From NCBI GenBank assembly GCA_964396875.1, contig CAYNHK010000001.1, positions 4,546 through 68,545 on the forward strand: DNA of 64,000 nt, in the 5' to 3' direction. The notes below the pieces were generated by a model that was not told the DNA's origin, did not search any database, and saw nothing but the letters and a program-made list of their open reading frames with translations. Origin of the DNA: an uncultured Acidobacteriota bacterium (GTDB lineage Bacteria; Acidobacteriota; Vicinamibacteria; Fen-336; JAGNNV01). Within the stretch, counting starts at the first letter, position 1. Each line of letters begins with the position of its first letter. Positions 18,231 through 26,286 of this stretch are shown here, in pieces. The position numbers and the translations under genes were made by a program.

Positions 18231-21200
18231 CTAGAACAGGAACTTCGCCGCAACCTGCACGCGGCGCGCGTAGTTCGACTGGTTCGACGCCGAAATCTCG
18301 CCGAAGTTCGACGCTGTCGGGTTGACCACAGGCGCCGGGAAGTACGCGGAGTTGAGGGCGTTCACGACCTCAAAACGAAGCTGGAGCGAAGTCCGGCCCC
18401 GGAGCGACACGTTCTTGAGCAGCGACGCGTCGAGGCTCGCGATGTTGTCGCGGCGAACGTCCGAGAAACGCAGCGGCATGGTGCGGAGGTGACTGACCGG
18501 ACTCGCGTCGTTGGAGGTCGCGCCGTTCCTGACCGACGTGATGTTGGCGGTGTTGAACCACCGGAGCGTAGTCCGCTCGCTCTTCGGAAGCGCCAGGCTC
18601 TGGCCGTTCCAGAAACCGTTGTTCGTGAAGGCGATGGGGAAGCCGGTCTGATACGTATAGACGCCCTGGATCTGCCAGCCGCCGAGAATGGCCTCAAGCG
18701 CGCCCGAAGCGTCCGACAGGAACGTGCGGCCCTTGCCGAAGGGGACGTTCATGATCGTGCTGAGCGACAGACGATGCGTCGCGTCGAGGTCGGAGATGAC
18801 CCGGGTGGGTGACTCGTCCGAGGCGTTCAGATACTCGGTGGCCTGTTCCCACTTCGACAGGGTGTAGGACATGCCAACCGTGTACCCCTTCGAGAAGCGC
18901 TTCTGGACGCTGAACTGGCCCGAGTTGTACCAGGACTTGCCGTCGTTGTTGGTCGTCGTTATGTCGCCGTAGCCGGGGAACGGGCGGAGCAACTGCGTGC
19001 GGGACGTGGTGCCGCCGTTGATGCCCGCGCCCGGAACGAGACCTGCGAACGGATTCGCGACCGTGGCGCCCAGGAAGTTGTTGTTCGCGGTCATCGCCGC
19101 CGTACGCGAGTTGTCGGTGTTGAGGTACTGGCGCGGAAGGGTGTTGATGTTCCGGTTGATCTCGATGTCGTAGCCGTAGTTCCCGACGTACGCCGCCTCG
19201 ACGGTGAAGCCGCCGGGGAGTTCGCGCTGGATCCCCACCTGGTAGCGGAGCTGCTTCGAGACCTTCGGATCAGGATTGAAGAACGTGATCGCGTTCCCGA
19301 GAGAGGTCTGGCGACCCTGAGAATTCCCGATGGGCTCGAGAATCGGGAGGGAGGTCAACGAGCTGTCCCAACTGCGGGCGATCGGAGCTCCCGAGGGGAG
19401 GGTGACCGACGGGAAGGTCGTGGTCTGGGAGTAGCCGGGCTGAATGACGTCGCCGCGCCGCTGACCCAGGAAGCCCGCGAAGAGACCGATGCCGCCGCGG
19501 ATCGAAGTCTTCTCGTTGACCGAGTAGGCGAAACCGAAACGCGGAAGGAAGGTGTTCTTCGGTGTGTTGTAGAGACGCGGCGTGTCCTTTTCGACGAACA
19601 TCAACCCGCCCTTGACCGTGAGCTGAGACTTCAGCGCCTTGAGCGCCGGGTCGTTGAGCGAGGCATAACGCTGCTGCACCGTGCCTTCGATCGGCTGGGT
19701 GTAGCCGAAGTCAAAGTTGCTGACGCTCTTGCCGTTGCGTTCGGTGAGAGGCGTCTCGACCTCCCAGCGCACGCCGAGGTTCACGGTCAACTTGTCGTTC
19801 ACTCTCCAGTCATCGTGAAGGAAGATCCCGTAGGTCTTCGAATACTCGGAGTAGTCGGAAGGACGCGTGATTTCGGTCGTCGTGGGAAGCCCGAGGAGAA
19901 ATGCGGCGTAGGCCTGGATGCCGTTGAAGTCCGTTCCGGAAGCGCTGTTCTGGCGGGTGTAGGTGTTGTCGAACACAAACCGGCCGCTCGTGTTGTTGCC
20001 GGTGGAGAGGCTGTCCTCGCGGTAGATGCGCATCTCGACGCCGGTTTTGAGGGAGTGCGAGCGCAGTGCCTTGTTCAAGGTCGCGCTCACGGTGTGGGAG
20101 GTGACGGGGCGGAAGTCGTTGCCGAACGCCGTGCCCACCATCGTGTTCGCGGGGAACTCGATGCGCGGGAAGCGGCGCAGACCGTCGGACACGAGGCTGT
20201 TATACGAGCCCGGGAAACCCGCGTTGGTGAGGTCGTAGTCCGAGATGTATTCGGGGAGCTGCCCCGAGTTGCGCTCGAACCGGTTCCAGCCATAGCGCAC
20301 GTTCAGCACGGTCGTGTTGTTGATGGTGTGGACATCGTCCGCCACCATCTGGTACGAGATGAACTGGAAGTTGGTGGCCGTGAGTCCGGTGCCCAGGTAG
20401 TCGTTGTAGATCGAATCGCGCTTGTACCAGCTCCCGCGCACGAACGCCCGGTTGTTGTTCGAGACCCTCTGATCGAGCCGGAAGGTGGTGCTGTTGTAAT
20501 CCGCCGTCTCGGCCAGGGTCGCATCGAAGATATTGCCGTTGAGTCCGGACGTCTTGGGCAGCGAGTACAGCTCCAGGATCTTCCTCGCCGCGGGGCTGAT
20601 GCGGTTCGCCGGGATCACGTTCCCGGGGAAGGGCGTGCCCGTGAAGCCGCCGGCGCCGTTCGAGACGCGAGTCAGCGGGTCGTAGATCTGGACGTTGCCG
20701 AGGAAGGCGGAGAGGTCGCCGTTTCGCATGGCCGCGGTGGGAACCCAAACCGAGGAGCCGGCGTCGAAGCGCGGGCGGGTGTCCTTGATGTGCTCGAAAC
20801 CGATCGCGAAGAAGGTCCGTTCGCGGCCGTCGTAGACGCCGGGGATCTTGACGGGGCCGGTGAGGGTGAAACCGGGGCGGTTGTGCGAGCTCTTGACCCG
20901 CTCCTGGCCGCGCGCCTTGCCGAAGAAGTCGTTCGCACCGAGGGTCGAGGGCTCGGCGAAGAAATAGACCGACCCGTGAAGGCTATTGGTTCCCGACTTG
21001 ATGGTGATGCTCGTGACGCCGCCTTCCGTGTTGCCGAACTGCGCGTCGAAGGTCGCGGTCTGGACCCGGAACTCCTGCACGAGGTCGGAGGGGGGCACGT
21101 AGGTCGCGATGACTTCGTTCGCATTCGCGGTCGCGGTGCTGGGCGATCCGTCGATGAGCAGGTCGGAGCGGTTGCCGCGCGTGCCGTCGTAGGCGTAGCC

Positions 21201-21764
21201 GATGATGTGGGTCGGCTCGTACGGACGGTCGAGACGCTGGTCGCCGGTGTGCGACAAACCGGTGGCCAGGCCCATGATCTTGTAGGGATCTCCGTGAATC
21301 AGGGGAAGCTCCGCGATTCGTTTCGCGTCGAGGGTGAGACCCATGTTCCCGTCGTTGGTATTGATCGGCGCGCCCTCAGCCAGGACCGTCACCGTTTCCT
21401 CGGCTCCACCCAATTCGAGAATGGCCGCGATGTTGCGGGTCTCGTTCATCGAAAGCGGGATCTTGTCCTGAATGTACTTCTTGAAGCCCTGCATTTCGAC
21501 GGTGACCAGGTAGGTCCCGGGGATCAGGTAGTTGACGGTAAACATGCCCTCGCTGTTTGTCACCGTGGAGACGGTGGTGTTTCTCTGGGTGTCCGTAACC
21601 TTGACATCGGCGCCGGGCAGGACTCCCCTGGTCGGGTCCGTGACGCGGCCGGTGATTCTTCCTCGGGCTTCCTGGGCCATCAGGGCGGCCGGAGCGAAGG
21701 CGACTATCAGAAACAAGATCAGAGCGGTGCGGTGCGAACGTAGGGGAGTCGGGTTCGATTTCAT
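18231..21764 (-). CDS. TonB-dependent outer-membrane receptor with N-terminal carboxypeptidase-regulatory-like domain (glycan-uptake candidate)
   Basis: 1177 aa with a signal peptide, a CarbopepD_reg-like segment (GRITGRVTDPTRGVLPGADVKVTD), plug and barrel regions, and a C-terminal aromatic F. Architecture is typical of Acidobacteria/Gemmatimonadetes. Confidence 0.9.
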   Translation of the reverse strand: MKSNPTPLRSHRTALILFLIVAFAPAALMAQEARGRITGRVTDPTRGVLPGADVKVTDTQRNTTVSTVTNSEGMFTVNYLIPGTYLVTVEMQGFKKYIQDKIPLSMNETRNIAAILELGGAEETVTVLAEGAPINTNDGNMGLTLDAKRIAELPLIHGDPYKIMGLATGLSHTGDQRLDRPYEPTHIIGYAYDGTRGNRSDLLIDGSPSTATANANEVIATYVPPSDLVQEFRVQTATFDAQFGNTEGGVTSITIKSGTNSLHGSVYFFAEPSTLGANDFFGKARGQERVKSSHNRPGFTLTGPVKIPGVYDGRERTFFAIGFEHIKDTRPRFDAGSSVWVPTAAMRNGDLSAFLGNVQIYDPLTRVSNGAGGFTGTPFPGNVIPANRISPAARKILELYSLPKTSGLNGNIFDATLAETADYNSTTFRLDQRVSNNNRAFVRGSWYKRDSIYNDYLGTGLTATNFQFISYQMVADDVHTINNTTVLNVRYGWNRFERNSGQLPEYISDYDLTNAGFPGSYNSLVSDGLRRFPRIEFPANTMVGTAFGNDFRPVTSHTVSATLNKALRSHSLKTGVEMRIYREDSLSTGNNTSGRFVFDNTYTRQNSASGTDFNGIQAYAAFLLGLPTTTEITRPSDYSEYSKTYGIFLHDDWRVNDKLTVNLGVRWEVETPLTERNGKSVSNFDFGYTQPIEGTVQQRYASLNDPALKALKSQLTVKGGLMFVEKDTPRLYNTPKNTFLPRFGFAYSVNEKTSIRGGIGLFAGFLGQRRGDVIQPGYSQTTTFPSVTLPSGAPIARSWDSSLTSLPILEPIGNSQGRQTSLGNAITFFNPDPKVSKQLRYQVGIQRELPGGFTVEAAYVGNYGYDIEINRNINTLPRQYLNTDNSRTAAMTANNNFLGATVANPFAGLVPGAGINGGTTSRTQLLRPFPGYGDITTTNNDGKSWYNSGQFSVQKRFSKGYTVGMSYTLSKWEQATEYLNASDESPTRVISDLDATHRLSLSTIMNVPFGKGRTFLSDASGALEAILGGWQIQGVYTYQTGFPIAFTNNGFWNGQSLALPKSERTTLRWFNTANITSVRNGATSNDASPVSHLRTMPLRFSDVRRDNIASLDASLLKNVSLRGRTSLQLRFEVVNALNSAYFPAPVVNPTASNFGEISASNQSNYARRVQVAAKFLF

Positions 21765-21898
21765 CTCATGTCCTTCTCATCGGGCTTAGGGTCGACGGCG
21801 CTTTTGGTTGGGGCCACGCTGCATCGCTTTCAAGCTGGGGTTCGCAAGAACTGCGCAGATCATTTGGATGCCTTCGGAGCCTGAGTGAATTTGGCAAG

Positions 21899-21928
21899 GT
21901 TATAGGACCACTCGGTACAGTCTGTCAA
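21899..21928 (-). promoter_or_regulatory. Near-consensus sigma70-type promoter for the TonB-dependent receptor: -35 TTGACA (21928-21923), 18-nt spacer, -10 TATAAC (21904-21899)
   Basis: Read on the minus strand as gcTTGACAgactgtaccgagtggtccTATAACcttgcc. It sits in an unusually AT-richer 400-bp leader, which implies a 5' UTR of about 125 nt. Confidence 0.45.
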
Positions 21929-22021
21929 GCCTTGTATTACCATTTGTCCGTCAGGAGATCCGCCATCAGCGGAGCGCATAACCGCCATAATTCCCCGGTT
22001 TTCGGGTTCAATGGCGAGCAT

Positions 22022-22035
22022 CCCCAGAACTGGCG
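22022..22035. promoter_or_regulatory. CCCCAGAACTGGCG box upstream (about 95 bp) of the receptor promoter -35 element
   Basis: Flanked by a partial extended inverted repeat, GCGAGCA...TGCTCG. Confidence 0.45.
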
Positions 22036-22167
22036 AGTGCTCGTGAAATGGTCTTCCCGGGTCGAATGGTCGGACCATTGAAGGCACGGAGGTTGTCCGG
22101 AGGGCAAACTGGGTGACCACCTGGCCGTGTCCTTGCGGGGGCACGCTGCGCATGCCCGTAACCAGGG

Positions 22168-23148
22168 CTACCGGAGGGCTTCCAGGACCGACCGGGGCGC
22201 GGTGAAGACTGTCCCGTGACGTGCGCCCCTGGGAAACTCGAGGCCCGACAGGATGGGCTTCCACTCCCGGAGATCACCCTCGGAGCGGGCGCCCCCATAG
22301 CGATGCCGGGTGTACTCGTCATAGTAGAGATGGAAACCGGACCCGACCTTCACCACCGAGGGTCCCTCAACCCAGTCTGGAGAAATGGGGGCGGTGATTC
22401 CGGTAAAGGGCCCGAAAGCACTCGTACCGAAGGCGACTTTCAGGTGCTTTTTCGGGATAGGGAAGCGGGTCTCGTCCTTGACGACCAGGGCGTACCGGCC
22501 CCCGTCCCGAATCAGGGTTGCGTCGATGACACTGAAGCCGCCGTCGTAGAAGAGGGCCGGTTTTGTGTATTCTCTGAAGTCGGGGGTGGCCACGTAGTAG
22601 ATGCGGTGGTTGAGCCGCTGACCCTTGTCCTTCGCTTCGTCTCCGAAGCCTTCGGTCTCCGGAAACCTTCCGGGGATGGTGGTGGCCCAGAAGATCAGGT
22701 ATTGGCCGGTCTTTCCATCGTAGAAGATCTCCGGCGCCCAGCAGTTGAGGGCGGTCGGTTCGCCTTCCATCACGGGGAGCCATTCCTGGGCCGACCAGGT
22801 CACGAGGTCCTTCGAGTGGGCGATGCCGATGCCGCGATCCCACCACCCGGTGGTCCAGACGAGGTGGTAAGCGCCATCGGGCCCGGCCACGATCGAGGGG
22901 TCGCGGATCAACTTCCCCCCGAGGGTCGGAGCGAGGAAGGACCGGCCGCCGCCAAGTGCGCTGAAGCGCAGGCCGTCTTCGCTCGAGGCCAGGTGGAGGC
23001 CGTCCTGACCGTTTCCAACAAAGTACGAGAAGAGGTAGACGTCCTTCGCCGGCTCCTGGGCGACCGCGCCCCCCGCGGCACCGACACAGAACGCGACGGT
23101 CACAACTGCAGTGAGCCAGGAGATGGACGACGCCACAAATCGAGACAT
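22168..23148 (-). CDS. GH43-family five-bladed beta-propeller glycoside hydrolase (arabinanase/arabinofuranosidase-like), secreted
   Basis: Signal peptide MSRFVASSISWLTAVVTVAFCVGAAGGA and the GH43 blade-1 pattern IRDPSIVAGPDGAYHLVWTT. Confidence 0.75.
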   Translation of the reverse strand: MSRFVASSISWLTAVVTVAFCVGAAGGAVAQEPAKDVYLFSYFVGNGQDGLHLASSEDGLRFSALGGGRSFLAPTLGGKLIRDPSIVAGPDGAYHLVWTTGWWDRGIGIAHSKDLVTWSAQEWLPVMEGEPTALNCWAPEIFYDGKTGQYLIFWATTIPGRFPETEGFGDEAKDKGQRLNHRIYYVATPDFREYTKPALFYDGGFSVIDATLIRDGGRYALVVKDETRFPIPKKHLKVAFGTSAFGPFTGITAPISPDWVEGPSVVKVGSGFHLYYDEYTRHRYGGARSEGDLREWKPILSGLEFPRGARHGTVFTAPRSVLEALR

Positions 23149-23174
23149 GAGTCGAACTCAATCTACACTCACGC

Positions 23175-25106
23175 ATGCTGCTCGCAACCCTCCTCGCCCT
23201 CGGCCTGGCGGCTGAGTGGACCAACCCGATCGTTCGACAGCGGGCCGATCCTCACGTCACTCTGCATGAGGGTCAGTACCTGATGATCGCGACGGTCCCG
23301 GAGTACGACCGCATCGAGCTCCGTCGCGCCTCTACGATCGCCGGCCTCACCGACGCCATGCCGACCGTCATCTGGAAGCGTCACGCGAGTGGGCCGATGA
23401 GCGCGCACATCTGGGCCCCCGAGCTGCATCTGATCGACGGGAAGTGGTACGTGTACTTCGCGGCTGGCCGCGCCGAGGACGTCTGGGCGATACGTATGTA
23501 CGTGCTCGAGAACAGCGCCGAGGATCCCTTCTCGCCCACCTGGGTGGAGAAGGGACAGATCAAGACGCGATGGGAGACGTTCTCTCTCGACGCCACGACC
23601 TTCGTTCATCGCGGCGCGCGTTACCTTTCCTGGGCGCAGAAAGATCCGGAGATCGAAGGGAACACGAACCTTTACCTCGCGCGCATGGACTCGCCGTGGT
23701 CCATCGTCGGCCCCCAGGTCATGCTCTCCAAACCGGACCTCGATTGGGAAAGGATCAAGTACAAGGTGAATGAGGGCCCGGCCGCGCTCATTCGGAACGG
23801 CCGCGTGTTCCTGACGTACTCCGCGAGCGCCACCGACGCGAGTTACAGCCTGGGGATGTTGACCGCGGACGACGGCGCGGATCTGCTCGACCCCGCGTCA
23901 TGGGGGAAGTCGAAGCTCCCGGTGTTCGCCACATGGAGCGTCACGAGTCAGTACGGTCCCGGGCACAACAGCTTCACCACAACACCCGATGGCCGCGAGG
24001 TGATGGTCTACCACGCGCGGAACTATCGCGACATCGAAGGCCCCGAACTGCGGAACCCGGATCGACACACGCGGGCCCAGTACGTTTCATGGCGACCTGA
24101 CGGCACGCCGGAGTTCGGCGTCCCCGTCGAAGATGGCCCGCTGCCGCGAACGATGGCGGCGCGGCCGCTCTTCCGCGATCCGGTCTTCGATGGCGCCGCC
24201 GATCCGAGCCTCGTCTGGAATCCGCACCGGAAGAGCTGGTGGATGTTCTATACGAACCGGCGCGCGAACGCCCCCGGCCTTTCGGGTGTGGCCTGGGTCC
24301 ATGGCACGCGCCTCGGAATCGCGGAGTCGTATGACCTTGGGACGACGTGGCGTTACGTTGGCGTCGCGGAAGTCGAACTGCCGAAAGAGATCGGCGGCGA
24401 CGCGCCGACGCACTGGGCGCCCGACGTGTTCACGGCGCCCGATGGGTCTCACCACATGTTCCTGACCGTGGTGCCGGGGATCTTCGAGAACTGGCAGCAC
24501 CCGCGCCGCATCGTCCACCTCACGAGCGCCGACCTGCGGACCTGGACGGCGCCGCGCGCGCTCACGCTCGCATCAGACCGCGTCATCGATGCCGCGGTAC
24601 TTCGTCTTCCTGACGGCGCGTTCCGGATGTTCTACAACAATGAGCGCGACCGGAAGTCGATCTACTTCGCCGACTCTCCGGACCTTGTGACGTGGACGGA
24701 TCGGGGCAAGGCAGTGGGCGACCAGGGGGGTGAGGGCCCGAAGGTCTTCCGATGGCGGGACGCCTACTGGATGATCACCGATGTCTGGCAGGGCCTCGCG
24801 GTCTACCGTTCGACCGACGCGCTCAACTGGACCCGCCAGGACGGTCCGAATCTTCTCGATCGGCCCGGCCGCGGTGTGGACGACGGCGTCAAGGGCGGCC
24901 ATCCCGATGTCGTGATCAGTGGCGACCGCGCCTTTCTCTTCTACTTCACGCATCCGGGACGATCTGATCCGGCGAGCCGGGTCGACGGTTACGAGCAGCG
25001 GCGAAGCTCGATTCAGGTGGTCGAGTTGTTCGAGAAGGACGGGCGGCTGTCCTGCGATCGCGACGCGCCGGTCTATGTGCGGCTCGAGCCGCCGGTGCTC
25101 AAGTAG
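23175..25106 (+). CDS. Tandem GH43-like glycoside hydrolase (two beta-propeller domains)
   Basis: The N-terminal domain carries ADPHVTLHEGQYLMIAT and the second domain carries DGAADPSLVWNPHRKSWWMFYT. It is divergent from the preceding GH43 with only a 26-bp spacer. Confidence 0.75.
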   Translation: MLLATLLALGLAAEWTNPIVRQRADPHVTLHEGQYLMIATVPEYDRIELRRASTIAGLTDAMPTVIWKRHASGPMSAHIWAPELHLIDGKWYVYFAAGRAEDVWAIRMYVLENSAEDPFSPTWVEKGQIKTRWETFSLDATTFVHRGARYLSWAQKDPEIEGNTNLYLARMDSPWSIVGPQVMLSKPDLDWERIKYKVNEGPAALIRNGRVFLTYSASATDASYSLGMLTADDGADLLDPASWGKSKLPVFATWSVTSQYGPGHNSFTTTPDGREVMVYHARNYRDIEGPELRNPDRHTRAQYVSWRPDGTPEFGVPVEDGPLPRTMAARPLFRDPVFDGAADPSLVWNPHRKSWWMFYTNRRANAPGLSGVAWVHGTRLGIAESYDLGTTWRYVGVAEVELPKEIGGDAPTHWAPDVFTAPDGSHHMFLTVVPGIFENWQHPRRIVHLTSADLRTWTAPRALTLASDRVIDAAVLRLPDGAFRMFYNNERDRKSIYFADSPDLVTWTDRGKAVGDQGGEGPKVFRWRDAYWMITDVWQGLAVYRSTDALNWTRQDGPNLLDRPGRGVDDGVKGGHPDVVISGDRAFLFYFTHPGRSDPASRVDGYEQRRSSIQVVELFEKDGRLSCDRDAPVYVRLEPPVLK

Positions 25107-26088
25107 AGCGGCCGTAGATCGCCGCGAGCACGCGCTGAACCTCGAGGCCGGTCTCGCCAGGGACGGCGGGGTCACGCCCTTCGCGGACCGCGGCCACGAA
25201 GTTGTCCACGAGGGGCTGATGAAGGTTTGGGTGAGGCGGGTGATTCTCGATGCGCGAGCCCCCGGACGTGAGGATCCGCAAGGCGCCCTCGTTGAGCACG
25301 GGTACATGGAGTGATCCGCGGGTCGCGATGATCTCGAGGGTGTCACGGCGTTCGAGCGCCGCGTGGCTGACCGTGATCGTGGCGTGAACGTTTCTTTCGA
25401 AATCGAGGTGAGCGACGCATGTGTCCTCGACGTCCCGGTCCTTGAAGCGGACGTTCGAAAGGAAGCCGCGGGTCGACTTCACCGGGCCGAAGAGGTTGAG
25501 GAGAACCTCGATCCGGTGGCAACCGAAATCGGCCATGGGGCCACCTCCGGAGGACGCCTTGCGCAGCAGCCACGCCCGCGGATGGTCGGGCGGTGGGTTG
25601 AAGGTCTCAAAGGCCTGGGCCGTGGCGAAGACCGGATCGCCGACTTCTCCCGAGGCGAGGATCTCGCGCATCCGTGTGATCACCGGGTAGTGATGACGGT
25701 AATAGGCCACGCCGAGGCGGACGTTGTTCTGTCGCGCGGCCGCGACCATCCTCGAGCAGTCAACTACATCGATGGCCATCGGCTTTTCGCAGAGCACGTG
25801 TTTGCCCGCTTCGGCCGCTGCTATCGCCTGCTCGACGTGAAGCGCCACCGGCGTCGCGAGGTACACCGCGTCGATATCAGGATCTCGAATCAAGTCGCGC
25901 CAGTCGGCATGGGAGCTTCTGGCGCCGTGCTCCTTCGCGAACTGGGCCGCGAGTTCCGCCCGCGCCCGCGCCACGGACACGAGCTCGCAACCCGGCGAAT
26001 TCCGAAGCGCCGCCGCGACCCGCTTGACCGCGATGTCTCCACAGCCGATGAGACCCCAGCCCACGGGGCGATCTGCAGGGACGCTCAT
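25099..26088 (-). CDS. Gfo/Idh/MocA family NAD(P)-dependent sugar oxidoreductase
   Basis: Rossmann N-terminus VGWGLIGCGDIAVKR and the EKP motif (HVLCEKPMA). Confidence 0.85.
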   Translation of the reverse strand: MSVPADRPVGWGLIGCGDIAVKRVAAALRNSPGCELVSVARARAELAAQFAKEHGARSSHADWRDLIRDPDIDAVYLATPVALHVEQAIAAAEAGKHVLCEKPMAIDVVDCSRMVAAARQNNVRLGVAYYRHHYPVITRMREILASGEVGDPVFATAQAFETFNPPPDHPRAWLLRKASSGGGPMADFGCHRIEVLLNLFGPVKSTRGFLSNVRFKDRDVEDTCVAHLDFERNVHATITVSHAALERRDTLEIIATRGSLHVPVLNEGALRILTSGGSRIENHPPHPNLHQPLVDNFVAAVREGRDPAVPGETGLEVQRVLAAIYGRST

Positions 26089-26180
26089 TTCGAGCGTCCC
26101 GCCTGAGGCGAGCCGCGCCGCGTGGAGGAGTGTTTCATGCGATCAGAGCGAGCAGGCTAATCGAACTCGCATCTCGATCG

Positions 26181-26198
26181 GTCGCCAGTTCTGGCGAC
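26181..26198. promoter_or_regulatory. Perfect 8-2-8 palindrome GTCGCCAG-TT-CTGGCGAC in the divergent promoter region between the MocA oxidoreductase and GH78
   Basis: 89 nt upstream of the GH78 ATG and 93 nt upstream of the oxidoreductase start. Confidence 0.5.
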
Positions 26199-26286
26199 GC
26201 ACGCGAAAAATACCGCGTGTGATAATCGCGAACAGCCCCGTGCGGCCACTCTGCGCGGCAACATCGGCGAGGAAGCGGCGCGAAGA

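Noticed and set aside
19815-21743. Plus-strand ORF 19815..21743 (642 aa)
   Set aside because: It is antisense to the TonB-dependent receptor. It is Gly/Val/Arg/Asp-rich with no hydrophobic core pattern.
21860-22322. Small ORFs 21860..22264 and 22008..22322 in the receptor leader
   Set aside because: They begin inside the GH43 gene on the same strand in other frames. The region is better explained as a promoter and 5' UTR.
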